A DNA stretch of 64,000 bases from an uncultured Chloroflexia bacterium (GCA_963713075.1 CAVQKO010000014.1:566924-630923); one strand, 5' to 3'. Counted from the stretch's first letter, positions 23,224 through 32,717 are shown. The notes: generated from the sequence alone by a model not told the origin. Numbers and translations: made by a program.

Positions 23224-24627
23224 CTAGAGCGTCCGCAGCCGCTGCGGCGGCCACGTCCAGTCGATCGGCAGGTCGGCCCCGGCGATGGCCCGCCGCCGGC
23301 CGGCCTCCGTGGCGCCGAGCACGAGGAGCCGGTCGGTCTTGGTCGCCTGCCCGGCCTCATCGCCCCACAGGCGGGTCATCTTGCGGTTGGCGGCCACCTC
23401 GTCACGCACGATGCCGGCGAGGCGGAACCCTGCCGGGTGGGCCGCCTCCTCCCAGACCCGCTCGGGGAGGTGGTGCCCGTCCCGGGACGGCTTGCCGCGG
23501 TCCGTCTCCACGTCGCCGACCACGAGCACGGCGATCCCGTCGTCGGTCAGTGCCGGCCGGAGGTCCGCGAGCACCTCGCGCAGGAACGCGAGGTACGGCT
23601 CGCGGGTGTGCGCGTCGTCGAGCTCAGCGTCGATGGCGCGGGCGTCGAACCCCAGCAGCCACGTCCGCAGCCAGTTGTAGTAGCCGTACTTGAGCACCCG
23701 CAGGTACGGCGGCGAGGTGACCACGAGGCGGGCACGGTCCGGCAGGCCGCGGGCTCGGAGGGCGGCCCGCGCCCGGCGGCCGGCGGTGCGGGCGTCGCCG
23801 TGCAGCGCGATGCCGGTCGTGGCGGGAAGGGGCTGGCGGTACAGCCGGTCGAGCTTCGCCCCGAGCGCGTCGAAGGCGTCCCGGCTCGGCGGCTCGTAGC
23901 CGTGCTGGGCCACGAACGTCCGCACGTAGCGCGGCGCCATGCTGAACGTGTTGGGCATGACCGTGGACAGGTACGAGGGCGTCTTGCCGTGGAGGATGCC
24001 CGCCAGCGCGCCGGCGATGAACCGGTCCGTGTGGTCGTCGAGCTGCAGCTGCGAGCGCAGGAGGGCGAGCTGGCCCAGGGTGCGCGGGTGGAACGCCAGG
24101 GCCACCTCGTCGGGGACGGTCTCGTCGCGGGCGTCCGGGCCGCGGCCGCTGCCGGGGGAGGGGAGGGACGCCGACGGGTGGCCGGGGCGCGCGTGCGCGC
24201 GCTCGCCGAGGGCGTCCCAGGCGGCGGCGTCAGCGGACCACGCGAGGCGCAGCGCGGTCAGGCGGGTGCGGGCCTCCGCCCGTGTGGCGGGATCGAGCTT
24301 CGCGGCGGTCAGGACGTGGGCGAGCGGGTTGAGGTCGTTGCCGACCCCGATCCGTCCCTCGGCGGCCGCCTGCAGCGGCGCAGTGCCGCGCCCGGAGAAC
24401 GGGTCGAAGACCACGTCGCCGGGTCGCGTGTAGCGGGCGATGAACGCGTGCGGGAGCGCAGCAGGGAAGCTCGCGAGGTACGAGCACATCGGGTGGAGGC
24501 TGTGGCCCCACAGGCGGGCCTGCTGCTTCCACTCCGGCGCCAGCGCGAGGGTCGGCAAGGCACTCGGCAGCTCGAGGGCGAGCTGGCCGTCGGCGGCGGC
24601 ATGAGAGCGAGATGGCTGGTCGGGCAT
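23224..24627 (-). CDS. Site-specific DNA methyltransferase (N4-cytosine or N6-adenine; SPPY type), no partner endonuclease seen
   Basis: 467-aa ORF. SAM motif I VVFDPFSGRGTAPLQAAAEG near the N-terminus, and catalytic motif IV LVVTSPPYLRV about 220 aa later, an alpha-like order with a central target-recognition region. Confidence 0.8.
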   Translation of the reverse strand: MPDQPSRSHAAADGQLALELPSALPTLALAPEWKQQARLWGHSLHPMCSYLASFPAALPHAFIARYTRPGDVVFDPFSGRGTAPLQAAAEGRIGVGNDLNPLAHVLTAAKLDPATRAEARTRLTALRLAWSADAAAWDALGERAHARPGHPSASLPSPGSGRGPDARDETVPDEVALAFHPRTLGQLALLRSQLQLDDHTDRFIAGALAGILHGKTPSYLSTVMPNTFSMAPRYVRTFVAQHGYEPPSRDAFDALGAKLDRLYRQPLPATTGIALHGDARTAGRRARAALRARGLPDRARLVVTSPPYLRVLKYGYYNWLRTWLLGFDARAIDAELDDAHTREPYLAFLREVLADLRPALTDDGIAVLVVGDVETDRGKPSRDGHHLPERVWEEAAHPAGFRLAGIVRDEVAANRKMTRLWGDEAGQATKTDRLLVLGATEAGRRRAIAGADLPIDWTWPPQRLRTL

Positions 24628-24759
24628 TCCCGGGCTCGACGCTCCGCGCGGTGTTGGGCTCCGCGTGCGGCGGCCGCGAAGCGTACCACGTGCGACTCGG
24701 GCCGCGAATGGGCCGAACGGCGGAACGGGCCCGAGCCCGGCGTGGGGTTCCGGGTGGGA

Positions 24760-27483
24760 TCAGCGGCGCGCCGGCGCCTCGATCCGAACCCGTGCGTCCA
24801 GGACCACCGCCCGGTCCGCGAGGACCACGACCGGGTTGCAGTCCATCTCGACGATCTCCGGGTGACCCTCGACCATCGCGCTCACGCGGAGCAGCATCTC
24901 CTCGAGCGCGGCGACGTCCGCGCCGCGGGCGCTGTGATAGCCCTCGAGCAGCGGGTACATCGCGAGCGAGCGGAGCATCTCGTGGACGTCGCGATCGGTC
25001 AGCGGGGTGATGCGGACGGCCACGTCCTTGAGCAGCTCCAGCTCCGCGTCGCCCGCGCCGCAGGCGATGACCGGCCCGAACAGCCGATCGTGGACCACGC
25101 CCACCAGCATCTCGACGCCGGCCGGCACCATGCGCTGGACAAGCAGCCGCTCGACGTGGTGGCCGGCGGCCTCGAGGTCGCGCGTCATCTCCTCCGCGGC
25201 GCGGCGCACCGCCTCGCCGCCCTCGAGCCCGAGCGCGACTGCCCGCGCCTCGCGCTTGCGCACGACGCCGGCGGCGAACGCCTTGAGGGCGACCTGGCCG
25301 CCAAGCTCGCGGGCCGCCTCGCCCGCCTCGCCCGGGGACCCCACTAGGCGCCAGTCGGCCATCTCGATGGCGTAGCAGCCGAGCAGCTCCGCCACCTCGT
25401 CGGGCCGCAGCCAGCGCGACCCGCCGGCGGCCGGGTCGACCTCGGCCAGGGACCGGGCGAGCGTGCCCGCGGCGTCGTCCACGCGGATGTCCTCGAAGGC
25501 GGGGATGTCGCCCTCCGGCGCGCGCCGCCACTCGGCGTAGGCGGCGGCGTGGGCCAGCGCCCGGGCCGCCTCCTCGGGGAACGCGTATGCCGGCACCCGC
25601 TGCTCCGGCCCGCGAAGCGCCGTCGGCGCGATCTCCGCGGCCATGAACACCGCCAGTACCGGGATCCGCCGCTCGAGCGACACCACCGCCTCGTGGATCG
25701 CTGCCGCCACCTCGTCGGCACTCGAGCCCAGGGGCGGCACGAACAGGACGATGATCGCGTCGACGTCCTCGCACCCGGCGAGCACCCGGATCGCCTGGCC
25801 GAAGGCCTCCGGCGGCGCGTCGATCACGTCCACGGGGTTGCCCAGGGCGGCCATCTCGGGCAGGAACGCCGCCAACTCGCGCTGGGTGGCCTCGCAGATG
25901 GGCGGCACGACCAGGCCGTCCGCCTCGCAGGCGTCGGCCGCCAGGATCCCGGGGCCCCCGCCGTTGGTCAGGATCGCCACGCCCCGGCCGGTCGGCAGCG
26001 GCTGGTTGGCGAGCAGCGCCGCCACGTCGAAGAACTCGCTCAGCGTGTCGGTGCGGACCACGCCGGCCTGGTGGAACAGGGCGTCGACCGTCACATCGGA
26101 GGCGCCGATCCGGGCCCCCGTGTGCGACGAGGTGGCGCGTGCCCCGGCAGCCGAGCGTCCGCTCTTGACCGCGATGATCGGCTTGCTGCGGCCGACGCGC
26201 CGCGCGATCCGGCTGAACTTGCGGGGGTTGCCCACCGACTCGAGGTACAGCGCGATGACGCTGCAGGCCGGGTCCGCCTCCCAGTACTGCAGGAAGTCGT
26301 TGCCCGACAAGTCCGCCTTGTTGCCGATCGAGATGAAGCTCGACAGCCCGAGGCCCAGCCGCTTGACGTGCTCGATGATCGCCAGGCCCAGCGCGCCGCT
26401 CTGCGAGAGGAACCCGACCCGGCCGTGGAGGGGGATGACCGGTGAGAAGGTCGCATTGAGCTGCACGTCCGGCTCGAGGTTGATCACGCCCATCGCGTTG
26501 GGCCCGACCAGCCGCATGCCGGCGTCCCGGCACGCCGCGGCCAGCTCGGCCTGCCGGGCCGCCCCGTCGGGCCCCGTCTCGGCGAAGCCCCGCGACACGA
26601 CGACCACGCTCTTGACGCCCTTGGCCGCGCACTCGTGGACGGCCGCGATCGTCGCGTCCACGGGCAGCACGATGATCGCCAGGTCCACGGGTCCCGGGAT
26701 GGCCAGCACGGAGCGGTACGCGGCCACGGACTGGACGACGTCGGCCGCGGGGTTGACGGGGTAGACGGGGCCGTTGAAGCCACTTGCCAGCAGGTTGCGG
26801 AACAGCTCGCCGCCCGGCGTTCCGCGCCGCCGCGAGGCCCCGATCACCGCCACGGAGGCCGGGTGCAGGAGGGCCCGCACGGCGGCCGCGGCCGCAACCT
26901 GCTCGCGGCGCTCGAACCGCTCCCGCGCCTCGCCCGTCAGCTCGGTCGGGAACTCAACCTGGATCGAGCCCGGTTCCGAGTGCACCCGGAGCGGGAACCC
27001 GCTTGCCCGGAGCACCTGGAGCATCTTCGCGTTCTCGGGCAGGATCTCGGCCAGGAAAGTCGTGACGCCGGCCGCGTTGGCGCGCCTGGCCAGCTCCTCG
27101 AGCAGCAGCGTCGCCACGCCCCGGCCCTGGTACTCGTCGGCGACCACGAACGCGGCCTCGGCCGTGGTGCCGTCGACCACGAGGTAGTTGCCGTTGCCGA
27201 TGATCTTGGTCGCGCCGGCGATCTCGGTCTCGGCGACCAGCGAGCAGTCGCCGGGGCGTTCCTGGACCGCCCATGCGCGTGCCCGCGCCGCGAGGTCGCC
27301 CCCCACGCTCGCGAAGCGGAGCCACCGTGACTCGGCGTCCAGCCCGCGCAAGAACTCCTCGAGGCCGGCTGCGTCCACGGGGGCCGCGTCCCGGATCCGG
27401 ATCGAGGCGCCATCGCGAAGGATGGTGTCGCGCGCCTGATCCAAGCTGGTGGCGGGGTTGATGCGGTGCACGTTCTTGTCCAC
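24760..27483 (-). CDS. Pat-like protein lysine acetyltransferase: N-terminal GNAT fused to an ADP-forming acyl-CoA synthetase-like module
   Basis: 907-aa ORF with a GTG start. GNAT core VADEYQGRGVATLLLEEL, then CoA-binding SVAVIGASRRRGTPGG...GPVYPVNP, a succinyl-CoA-synthetase-like flavodoxin part, and a C-terminal ATP-grasp part. Confidence 0.9.
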   Translation of the reverse strand: MDKNVHRINPATSLDQARDTILRDGASIRIRDAAPVDAAGLEEFLRGLDAESRWLRFASVGGDLAARARAWAVQERPGDCSLVAETEIAGATKIIGNGNYLVVDGTTAEAAFVVADEYQGRGVATLLLEELARRANAAGVTTFLAEILPENAKMLQVLRASGFPLRVHSEPGSIQVEFPTELTGEARERFERREQVAAAAAVRALLHPASVAVIGASRRRGTPGGELFRNLLASGFNGPVYPVNPAADVVQSVAAYRSVLAIPGPVDLAIIVLPVDATIAAVHECAAKGVKSVVVVSRGFAETGPDGAARQAELAAACRDAGMRLVGPNAMGVINLEPDVQLNATFSPVIPLHGRVGFLSQSGALGLAIIEHVKRLGLGLSSFISIGNKADLSGNDFLQYWEADPACSVIALYLESVGNPRKFSRIARRVGRSKPIIAVKSGRSAAGARATSSHTGARIGASDVTVDALFHQAGVVRTDTLSEFFDVAALLANQPLPTGRGVAILTNGGGPGILAADACEADGLVVPPICEATQRELAAFLPEMAALGNPVDVIDAPPEAFGQAIRVLAGCEDVDAIIVLFVPPLGSSADEVAAAIHEAVVSLERRIPVLAVFMAAEIAPTALRGPEQRVPAYAFPEEAARALAHAAAYAEWRRAPEGDIPAFEDIRVDDAAGTLARSLAEVDPAAGGSRWLRPDEVAELLGCYAIEMADWRLVGSPGEAGEAARELGGQVALKAFAAGVVRKREARAVALGLEGGEAVRRAAEEMTRDLEAAGHHVERLLVQRMVPAGVEMLVGVVHDRLFGPVIACGAGDAELELLKDVAVRITPLTDRDVHEMLRSLAMYPLLEGYHSARGADVAALEEMLLRVSAMVEGHPEIVEMDCNPVVVLADRAVVLDARVRIEAPARR

Positions 27484-27603
27484 CCCAGGGGCCTCCGGGT
27501 GCGCTGCGTGCTACTGTCGCCCAGCCCGACCCGACCGGGTCCGGGCCTGTCGCGATGGTACCGCGATCGACGTCCTGCCCAGTACGGGGGCCTCCTCCCA
27601 GCC

Positions 27604-28782
27604 ATGCCGTCGCCCGCCGGCAGCAGCCAACCCCAGCCGCTCGTGATCTACGGGCCTGCGTCGCACGAATACGACTTCGGGCCGGAGCATCCGTTCACGC
27701 CACGTCGGTTCGGGCCCGGGATCGACCTGCTGCGCGAGGTTGGCGCCCAGGACTTCGAGGCCCCTCGGCCGACGTCGGACGAATGGATCGCGCGCGTCCA
27801 CGACCCCAACTACATCGCGACCGTCAAGATGCTCTCGGACTTCCCGGAGGCGGGGGGGGCGACAGGGTTCGACACCGGTGACACGCCGGCGTTCTACGGC
27901 ATGCACAGGGCGGCGGCAGCCGTGGTCGGCGGCACGCTCGCCGGCATGGAGCGGATCATCGCCGGCGACCGGATCCACGTGTTCCACCCGGGCGGCGGGC
28001 TCCACCACGCGTTTCCGGCGCAGCCCAGCGGCTTCTGCGTCTACAACGATCTGGCCGTCGCCATCCGGCGCGCCCTCGACGCGGGCCACCGGGTCCTGTA
28101 CGTCGACCTCGACGTGCACCACGGCGACGGCGTGGAGGCGATCTTCTGGAACGAGCGCGACGTGCTCACGCTGTCGTTCCACGAGACGGGACTGGCGCTG
28201 TTCCCCGGCACCGGGTTCGCCGACGAGCGCGGTGGCCATGAGGCGTACGGCAGCGCCATCAACATCCCCCTCCGGCCGGGGACGTCGGACCCGTCCTGGC
28301 TCGCGGTGATCGAGCACGCCCTGCCTCGCGTCGCCGACGCGTTCCGGCCGACGCTGGTGGTGAGCCAGAACGGCTCCGACAGCCACGCGCTCGACCCGCT
28401 CGCGCACCTCGGGGTGACGACGGCTGCGATGTCCCGCGCGGCGCGCCTCGTGGACGAGGTCGCCCACGAGCACGCCCAGGGGCGATGGCTCGCCACGGGC
28501 GGCGGCGGCTACGACGTGTACCGGGTGGTGCCCCGAGTCTGGTCGCTCGTCTGGCTCGCGCAGGCGCACCGCGATGTCCCCGAGGCAACCGCCGCCGCCT
28601 GGCGGGAGCGCTGGGCGGACGCGGCGGCGGCCCACCGGCAGGGCCCGCCACCGGCCACGATGCTCGACGCCCCCGGCTTGGCGGCACCAGAGCCGGACGG
28701 CGTCATGGAGGCCAACATGGCCACCGCCCGCCACGCGCTCGAGCACACGCTGGGCGTTCTGGCGGAGCGCGACGGCCTCTAG
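27604..28782 (+). CDS. Histone deacetylase-family protein (AcuC/acetoin utilisation-type deacetylase)
   Basis: HPGGGLHHAFPAQPSGFCVYNDLAVA and YVDLDVHHGDGVE motifs. Start taken at ATG 27604 (MPSPAGSSQPQPLVIYG); the track ORF opens further upstream at 27466. Confidence 0.9.
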   Translation: MPSPAGSSQPQPLVIYGPASHEYDFGPEHPFTPRRFGPGIDLLREVGAQDFEAPRPTSDEWIARVHDPNYIATVKMLSDFPEAGGATGFDTGDTPAFYGMHRAAAAVVGGTLAGMERIIAGDRIHVFHPGGGLHHAFPAQPSGFCVYNDLAVAIRRALDAGHRVLYVDLDVHHGDGVEAIFWNERDVLTLSFHETGLALFPGTGFADERGGHEAYGSAINIPLRPGTSDPSWLAVIEHALPRVADAFRPTLVVSQNGSDSHALDPLAHLGVTTAAMSRAARLVDEVAHEHAQGRWLATGGGGYDVYRVVPRVWSLVWLAQAHRDVPEATAAAWRERWADAAAAHRQGPPPATMLDAPGLAAPEPDGVMEANMATARHALEHTLGVLAERDGL

Positions 28783-28878
28783 CACGACCGTCGGTTGCGC
28801 GACGGTGCCTAGCGCAACGCACAGGCGGCGTCAAGTGGCAGAGTCCCCGGTCGACCTCACCAAGTGCACTCGTCTATT

Positions 28879-28926
28879 GGTTGCCGGAGTGCAACCACTT
28901 GACAACTTCTTGCCACCGATTAGCGT
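28879..28926 (+). promoter_or_regulatory. Candidate sigma-70-type promoter with adjacent inverted repeat, upstream of satP-like gene
   Basis: GGTTGCcggagtGCAACC (perfect 6-bp arms) abuts TTGACA (28899-28904), followed by a 16-nt spacer and TAGCGT (28921-28926). Confidence 0.35.
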
Positions 28927-29043
28927 TCGCATCGTGGCCCCGTGCGGGGCTGCGGTCGGTGGCCCCAGAGAGACGTAGGTCGTGGCGTAGCCGTGTATCG
29001 TCGCGCGCCCATGCGCGGCTCACGGGAGGAAGGAGGGTCTCAC

Positions 29044-29604
29044 TTGGCTCAGGCCCAATCGGCACCGAAGGAGGCGAACCCGGCCCCACTCGGGTTGGCG
29101 GGATTCGCGCTCACGACATTCGTGCTGTCGCTGGTCAACGCGGGCGTCATTGACGCGACCGGCGAGCAGCTCGTCCTGGCCCTGGCGCTCGCCTACGGCG
29201 GGCTGGCCCAGTTCGCAGCCGGAATGTGGGAGTTCAAGAACGGCAACACGTTCGGGGCGACCGCGTTCAGTTCGTATGGGGCCTTCTGGTTCGCCTTCGC
29301 GCTCTTCGTCTGGCAGTTCGCGAAGGAGCCCACCGGTGCCGCCGTCGGCGTGTTCCTGCTGGGGTGGGGCATCTTCACGTTCTACATGTGGATCGCCACG
29401 CTCAAGCACGCACGCCCGGTCATGATCGTGTTCCTCCTGCTGTGGATCACGTTCCTGCTCCTCGCGGTCGGCGAGTTCGCCGCCAGCGACACCATCCACA
29501 AGCTGGGCGGTGCGGTCGGCATCCTGACGGCGATCGCCGCCTGGTACGCATCGGCGCGCACCATCATCAACGAGGCGTTCGGCAGGGAGCTGCTGCCGGG
29601 CTGA
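29044..29604 (+). CDS. GPR1/FUN34/YaaH-family acetate/succinate transporter (SatP-like)
   Basis: NPAPLGLAGFALTTFVLSL...YGGLAQFAAGMWEFKNGNTFGATAFSSYGAFW, with 6 predicted TM segments. Proposed TTG start at 29044 lies 6 nt after the strong GGGAGGAAGGAGGG RBS. The track ORF begins at GTG 28942. Confidence 0.85.
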   Translation: MAQAQSAPKEANPAPLGLAGFALTTFVLSLVNAGVIDATGEQLVLALALAYGGLAQFAAGMWEFKNGNTFGATAFSSYGAFWFAFALFVWQFAKEPTGAAVGVFLLGWGIFTFYMWIATLKHARPVMIVFLLLWITFLLLAVGEFAASDTIHKLGGAVGILTAIAAWYASARTIINEAFGRELLPG

Positions 29605-29712
29605 CGCCCGACGCCGCCAATCGCCGCTCTCGACGCCCGGGCCGCGATCGCGCCCGGGCGTCGGCGCGCCCGCCGCGGCCACGCCGTCGGCATCGCGCGC
29701 GCGACGAGCGGG

Positions 29713-29718
29713 TAGACT
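29713..29718 (+). promoter_or_regulatory. Candidate -10 element (TAGACT) for tRNA-Arg
   Basis: GGTAGACTCGG ends 11 nt before the mature tRNA 5' end. Confidence 0.4.
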
Positions 29719-29729
29719 CGGCGCGGCTC

Positions 29730-29805
29730 GCCCCCGTAGCTCAGCGGATAGAGCAGCCGCCTTCTAAGCGGTTGGTCGCAGGTTCGATTCCTGCCGGGGG
29801 CGCCA
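29730..29805 (+). tRNA. tRNA-Arg (anticodon UCU)
   Basis: GCCCCCGTAGCTCAGCGGATAGAGCAGCCGCCTTCTAAGCGGTTGGTCGCAGGTTCGATTCCTGCCGGGGGCGCCA. Perfect 7-bp acceptor stem, anticodon loop CTTCTAA, T-arm GCAGG/TTCGATT/CCTGC, and CCA is encoded. Confidence 0.92.
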
Positions 29806-29898
29806 GCAGCCGCCCGCCCGGGCGGCGCGTCAGCGGCGGACGGTCGGGCGCGGGTCCCGCGGATCCGGCCACGCACCCCCGCTGACTGCGGCCCGCCG

Positions 29899-29929
29899 TT
29901 GAACGCTCAATTGTCGGTGGCGTTACAAT
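29899..29929 (+). promoter_or_regulatory. Candidate sigma-70-type promoter for acs
   Basis: TTGAAC (29899-29904), then 18-19 nt, then TTACAAT (TACAAT at 29924-29929). This would leave a 5' leader of roughly 210 nt before the acs start. Confidence 0.4.
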
Positions 29930-30146
29930 CCAGCCTCTGGCCCAGCACCGACGATACCCCGACAACCTGGTGGCCACCCAGACTGATCGTGGGGCGGGAC
30001 CAGGGAGGTTCTCCGGTGCGGCGCGCGTCCTCCAGTCCCGGATGCGACCGACGTGATCGGTCCGGCATGCCCGACGCGCTCAAGCCACCGGCAGCCAACG
30101 TGAGCCGCGACGGTTCCGCGACATCGGATTGCTAGGAGGCTGAACC

Positions 30147-32267
30147 TTGGAATCCAACGTCGGCGCGAGTGGCGCCCAGGTATCGGAGGCGCAGATCGCC
30201 GTCCACTGGCGGGAGGAGGAGTACTTCGACCCGCCCGCCCGGATCAAGTCGGTGGCGAATGCCAACGACCCGGCGATCCGCGAGCGCTTCTCGGAGGAGC
30301 ACTTCCCCGAGTGCTTCGTCGAGTATGCGGAGATGCTCACTTGGGACCGCAAGTGGGACACCATCCTCGACACGTCGAACGCCCCCTTCTTCAAGTGGTG
30401 GGTCGGCGGCAAGCTCAACGCGTCGGTCAACTGCATCGACCGGCACCTGGACACCCGGGGCGACAAGAACGCGATCATCTGGGTGCCCGAGCGCGAAGAG
30501 GACGAGACGCAGGAGATCACCTATCGCGATCTGCACGGCCGGGTGAACGAGTTCGCGGCGCTGCTGCGTGACTTCGCCGGCGTGAAGACGGGCGACCGCG
30601 TGACGTTCCACCTGCCGATGGTCCCGGAGCTGCCGGTCGCCATGCTCGCGTGCGCCCGCCTCGGCGCCCCGCACTCGGAGGTGTTCGGCGGCTTCAGCGG
30701 CACCGCCTGCGGCCAGCGCATGGCCGACGCCCAGAGCACGATCCTGGTCACCATCGACGCCTACTACCGCAACGGCGCGCTGATCGACCACAAGGTCAAG
30801 GCCGACGAGGCCATCGAGGCCGCCCGCAAGGAGGGGCTCGAGGTCGACAAGGTGCTCGTCTTCCGCCGCATCCCCGGCGAGTACCACTCCGAGAGCCCGA
30901 TGGTCGAGGGCCGTGACTTCTTCGTCGACGAGCTGCTCGGGAGCTACAAGGGCCAGCAGGTCGAGCCCGTCTCGATGCGGGCCGAGGACACGCTGTTCCT
31001 CATGTACACGAGCGGCACGACCGGTCGTCCCAAGGGCGCCCAGCACTCGACCGGCGGCTACCTCTCGTACGTCACCGGCACCTCGAAGTACTACCAGGAC
31101 ATCCATCCCGACGACACCTACTGGTGCTTCGCCGACATCGGCTGGATCACGGGGCACTCGTACATCGTCTACGGTCCGCTGGCGCTCGGGACCACGAGCG
31201 TCATGTACGAGGGCGTGCCGACCTATCCGGACCCGGGGCGGCCGTGGCGGATTGCCGAGAAGCTCGGCGTCGACATCTTCCACACCGCGCCCACGACCAT
31301 CCGCATGCTGCGCAAGCTCGGCCCGGACGAGCCGGCGAAGTACAACTACCACTTCAAGACGATGACGACGGTCGGCGAGCCGATCGAGCCCGATGTCTGG
31401 CGCTGGTACTTCAACGTCGTCGGCAAGGGCGAGGCGTCGATCACCGACACCTGGTGGCTGACCGAGACCGGCGGCTTCCTCGGCTCGACACTGCCCGGCC
31501 TCGAGAAGATGAAGCCCGGCAGCTGCGGGCCGACGGTGCTCGGCCTCTACGGCGTCCTGTACGACGAGAACGGGCAGGAGGTCCAGAAGGGCTCGGGCAA
31601 GGCGGGCAACATCTGCATGCGCAACCCGTGGCCCGGGCGGATGCTGACGATCTGGGGCCAGGACGAGCGCTACATCTCCACGTACCACGCGAAGTACAAC
31701 CGCGACCCAAAGAGCACCGACTGGCACGACTGGCCCTGGCTGGCCGGCGATGGCGCGGTGCAGGCGGCGGACGGCTACTACCGGATCCTGGGCCGGATCG
31801 ACGACGTCATCAACGTCGCCGGGCACCGGCTCGGGACGAAGGAGCTGGAGTCGGCGGCGATCGAGGTCGAGGAGGTGGCCGAGGCGGCGGCGGTGCCCGT
31901 GATGGACGAGCTCCGCGGCCGGGCGGTCGAGATGTACGTCTCGCTCAAACCGGGCTACTCGGGTGACGACGTCGCGCAGAAGGTGACTGCGCAGATCGAG
32001 AAGGACATCGGCAAGATCGCGCGGCCGAAGAACGTCTGGATCGTGGCGGACATGCCCAAGACCCGCTCGGGCAAGATCATGCGCCGGGTGATCGCGAGCA
32101 TCTCCAACTTCGCCGACATCGGCGACATCACGACGCTGGCCAACCCGGACATCGTCGAGAGCGTCCGCCACCACGTGCAGTCCGAGAAGGTCGCCCATGG
32201 TGAGACGCCGCGGCAGCTGACCGAGCAGGAGCTCACCGAGATCAAGGCATTCGGCCAGGCGGAGTAG
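30147..32267 (+). CDS. acs: Acetyl-CoA synthetase (AMP-forming)
   Basis: 706-aa ORF. TTG start 7 nt after AGGAGG. AMP-binding motif YTSGTTGRPKG, and C-terminal PKTRSGKIMRR containing the conserved acetylatable lysine. Confidence 0.95.
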   Translation: MESNVGASGAQVSEAQIAVHWREEEYFDPPARIKSVANANDPAIRERFSEEHFPECFVEYAEMLTWDRKWDTILDTSNAPFFKWWVGGKLNASVNCIDRHLDTRGDKNAIIWVPEREEDETQEITYRDLHGRVNEFAALLRDFAGVKTGDRVTFHLPMVPELPVAMLACARLGAPHSEVFGGFSGTACGQRMADAQSTILVTIDAYYRNGALIDHKVKADEAIEAARKEGLEVDKVLVFRRIPGEYHSESPMVEGRDFFVDELLGSYKGQQVEPVSMRAEDTLFLMYTSGTTGRPKGAQHSTGGYLSYVTGTSKYYQDIHPDDTYWCFADIGWITGHSYIVYGPLALGTTSVMYEGVPTYPDPGRPWRIAEKLGVDIFHTAPTTIRMLRKLGPDEPAKYNYHFKTMTTVGEPIEPDVWRWYFNVVGKGEASITDTWWLTETGGFLGSTLPGLEKMKPGSCGPTVLGLYGVLYDENGQEVQKGSGKAGNICMRNPWPGRMLTIWGQDERYISTYHAKYNRDPKSTDWHDWPWLAGDGAVQAADGYYRILGRIDDVINVAGHRLGTKELESAAIEVEEVAEAAAVPVMDELRGRAVEMYVSLKPGYSGDDVAQKVTAQIEKDIGKIARPKNVWIVADMPKTRSGKIMRRVIASISNFADIGDITTLANPDIVESVRHHVQSEKVAHGETPRQLTEQELTEIKAFGQAE

Positions 32268-32286
32268 TCCGCTCCAGCCGCGACTC

Positions 32287-32320
32287 GAGCCCCCGGCACC
32301 GCCGGGGGCTCATTGGTGTC
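32287..32320 (+). terminator. Intrinsic terminator-like hairpin after acs
   Basis: GAGCCCCCGGC acc GCCGGGGGCTC (11-bp stem), followed by ATTGGTGTC. Confidence 0.5.
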
Positions 32321-32384
32321 GGCGGGGCCTCGCCCCGGGCTGAACGGCTGCGCGCCCCGTTCCCGCCCGGATCCGGCTCGCCGC

Positions 32385-32717
32385 TCAGAGGTGCAGCCCG
32401 TTTCCGGCGATCGCGACCACGATGGCAGCCGTGTTCGCCCCGGCCCCGATCACACCCGAGAGCGTGGCGGCGACGAGCGCCGCGGACAGCGCCACCCGCC
32501 AGCGGAGGCTGAGCGACGGATACCGCCGGGCGCGACGCGCGGCCAGGGCGGCGGGCCCGACCTTGACGAGGACCACGAGTTGGATCCCCCCGAGCCCCAG
32601 CAGCATGGCCACGAGCGGGTTCTGCTCGGACAGCGAGGCCGGGTGGGGCAGGAGGTAGAACACCGCCAGCGTGACGGCGTCGAGCAGCTGCGCCATGACG
32701 AGCAGGCCGGGCCTCAC
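32385..32717 (-). CDS. Small hydrophobic membrane protein (hypothetical)
   Basis: 110-aa ORF with 3-4 predicted TM helices (LLVMAQLLDAVTLAVFYLL; LVAMLLGLGGIQLVVLVKV; VALSAALVAATLSGVIGAGA). No recognisable family. Confidence 0.5.
   Translation of the reverse strand: MRPGLLVMAQLLDAVTLAVFYLLPHPASLSEQNPLVAMLLGLGGIQLVVLVKVGPAALAARRARRYPSLSLRWRVALSAALVAATLSGVIGAGANTAAIVVAIAGNGLHL

Noticed and set aside
24230-26632. 800-aa minus-strand ORF, plus other long ORFs overlapping the pat gene
   Set aside because: It is out of frame with the 907-aa Pat-like ORF, which carries the GNAT, CoA-binding and ATP-grasp motifs. The 800-aa product is Arg/Gly/Pro junk.
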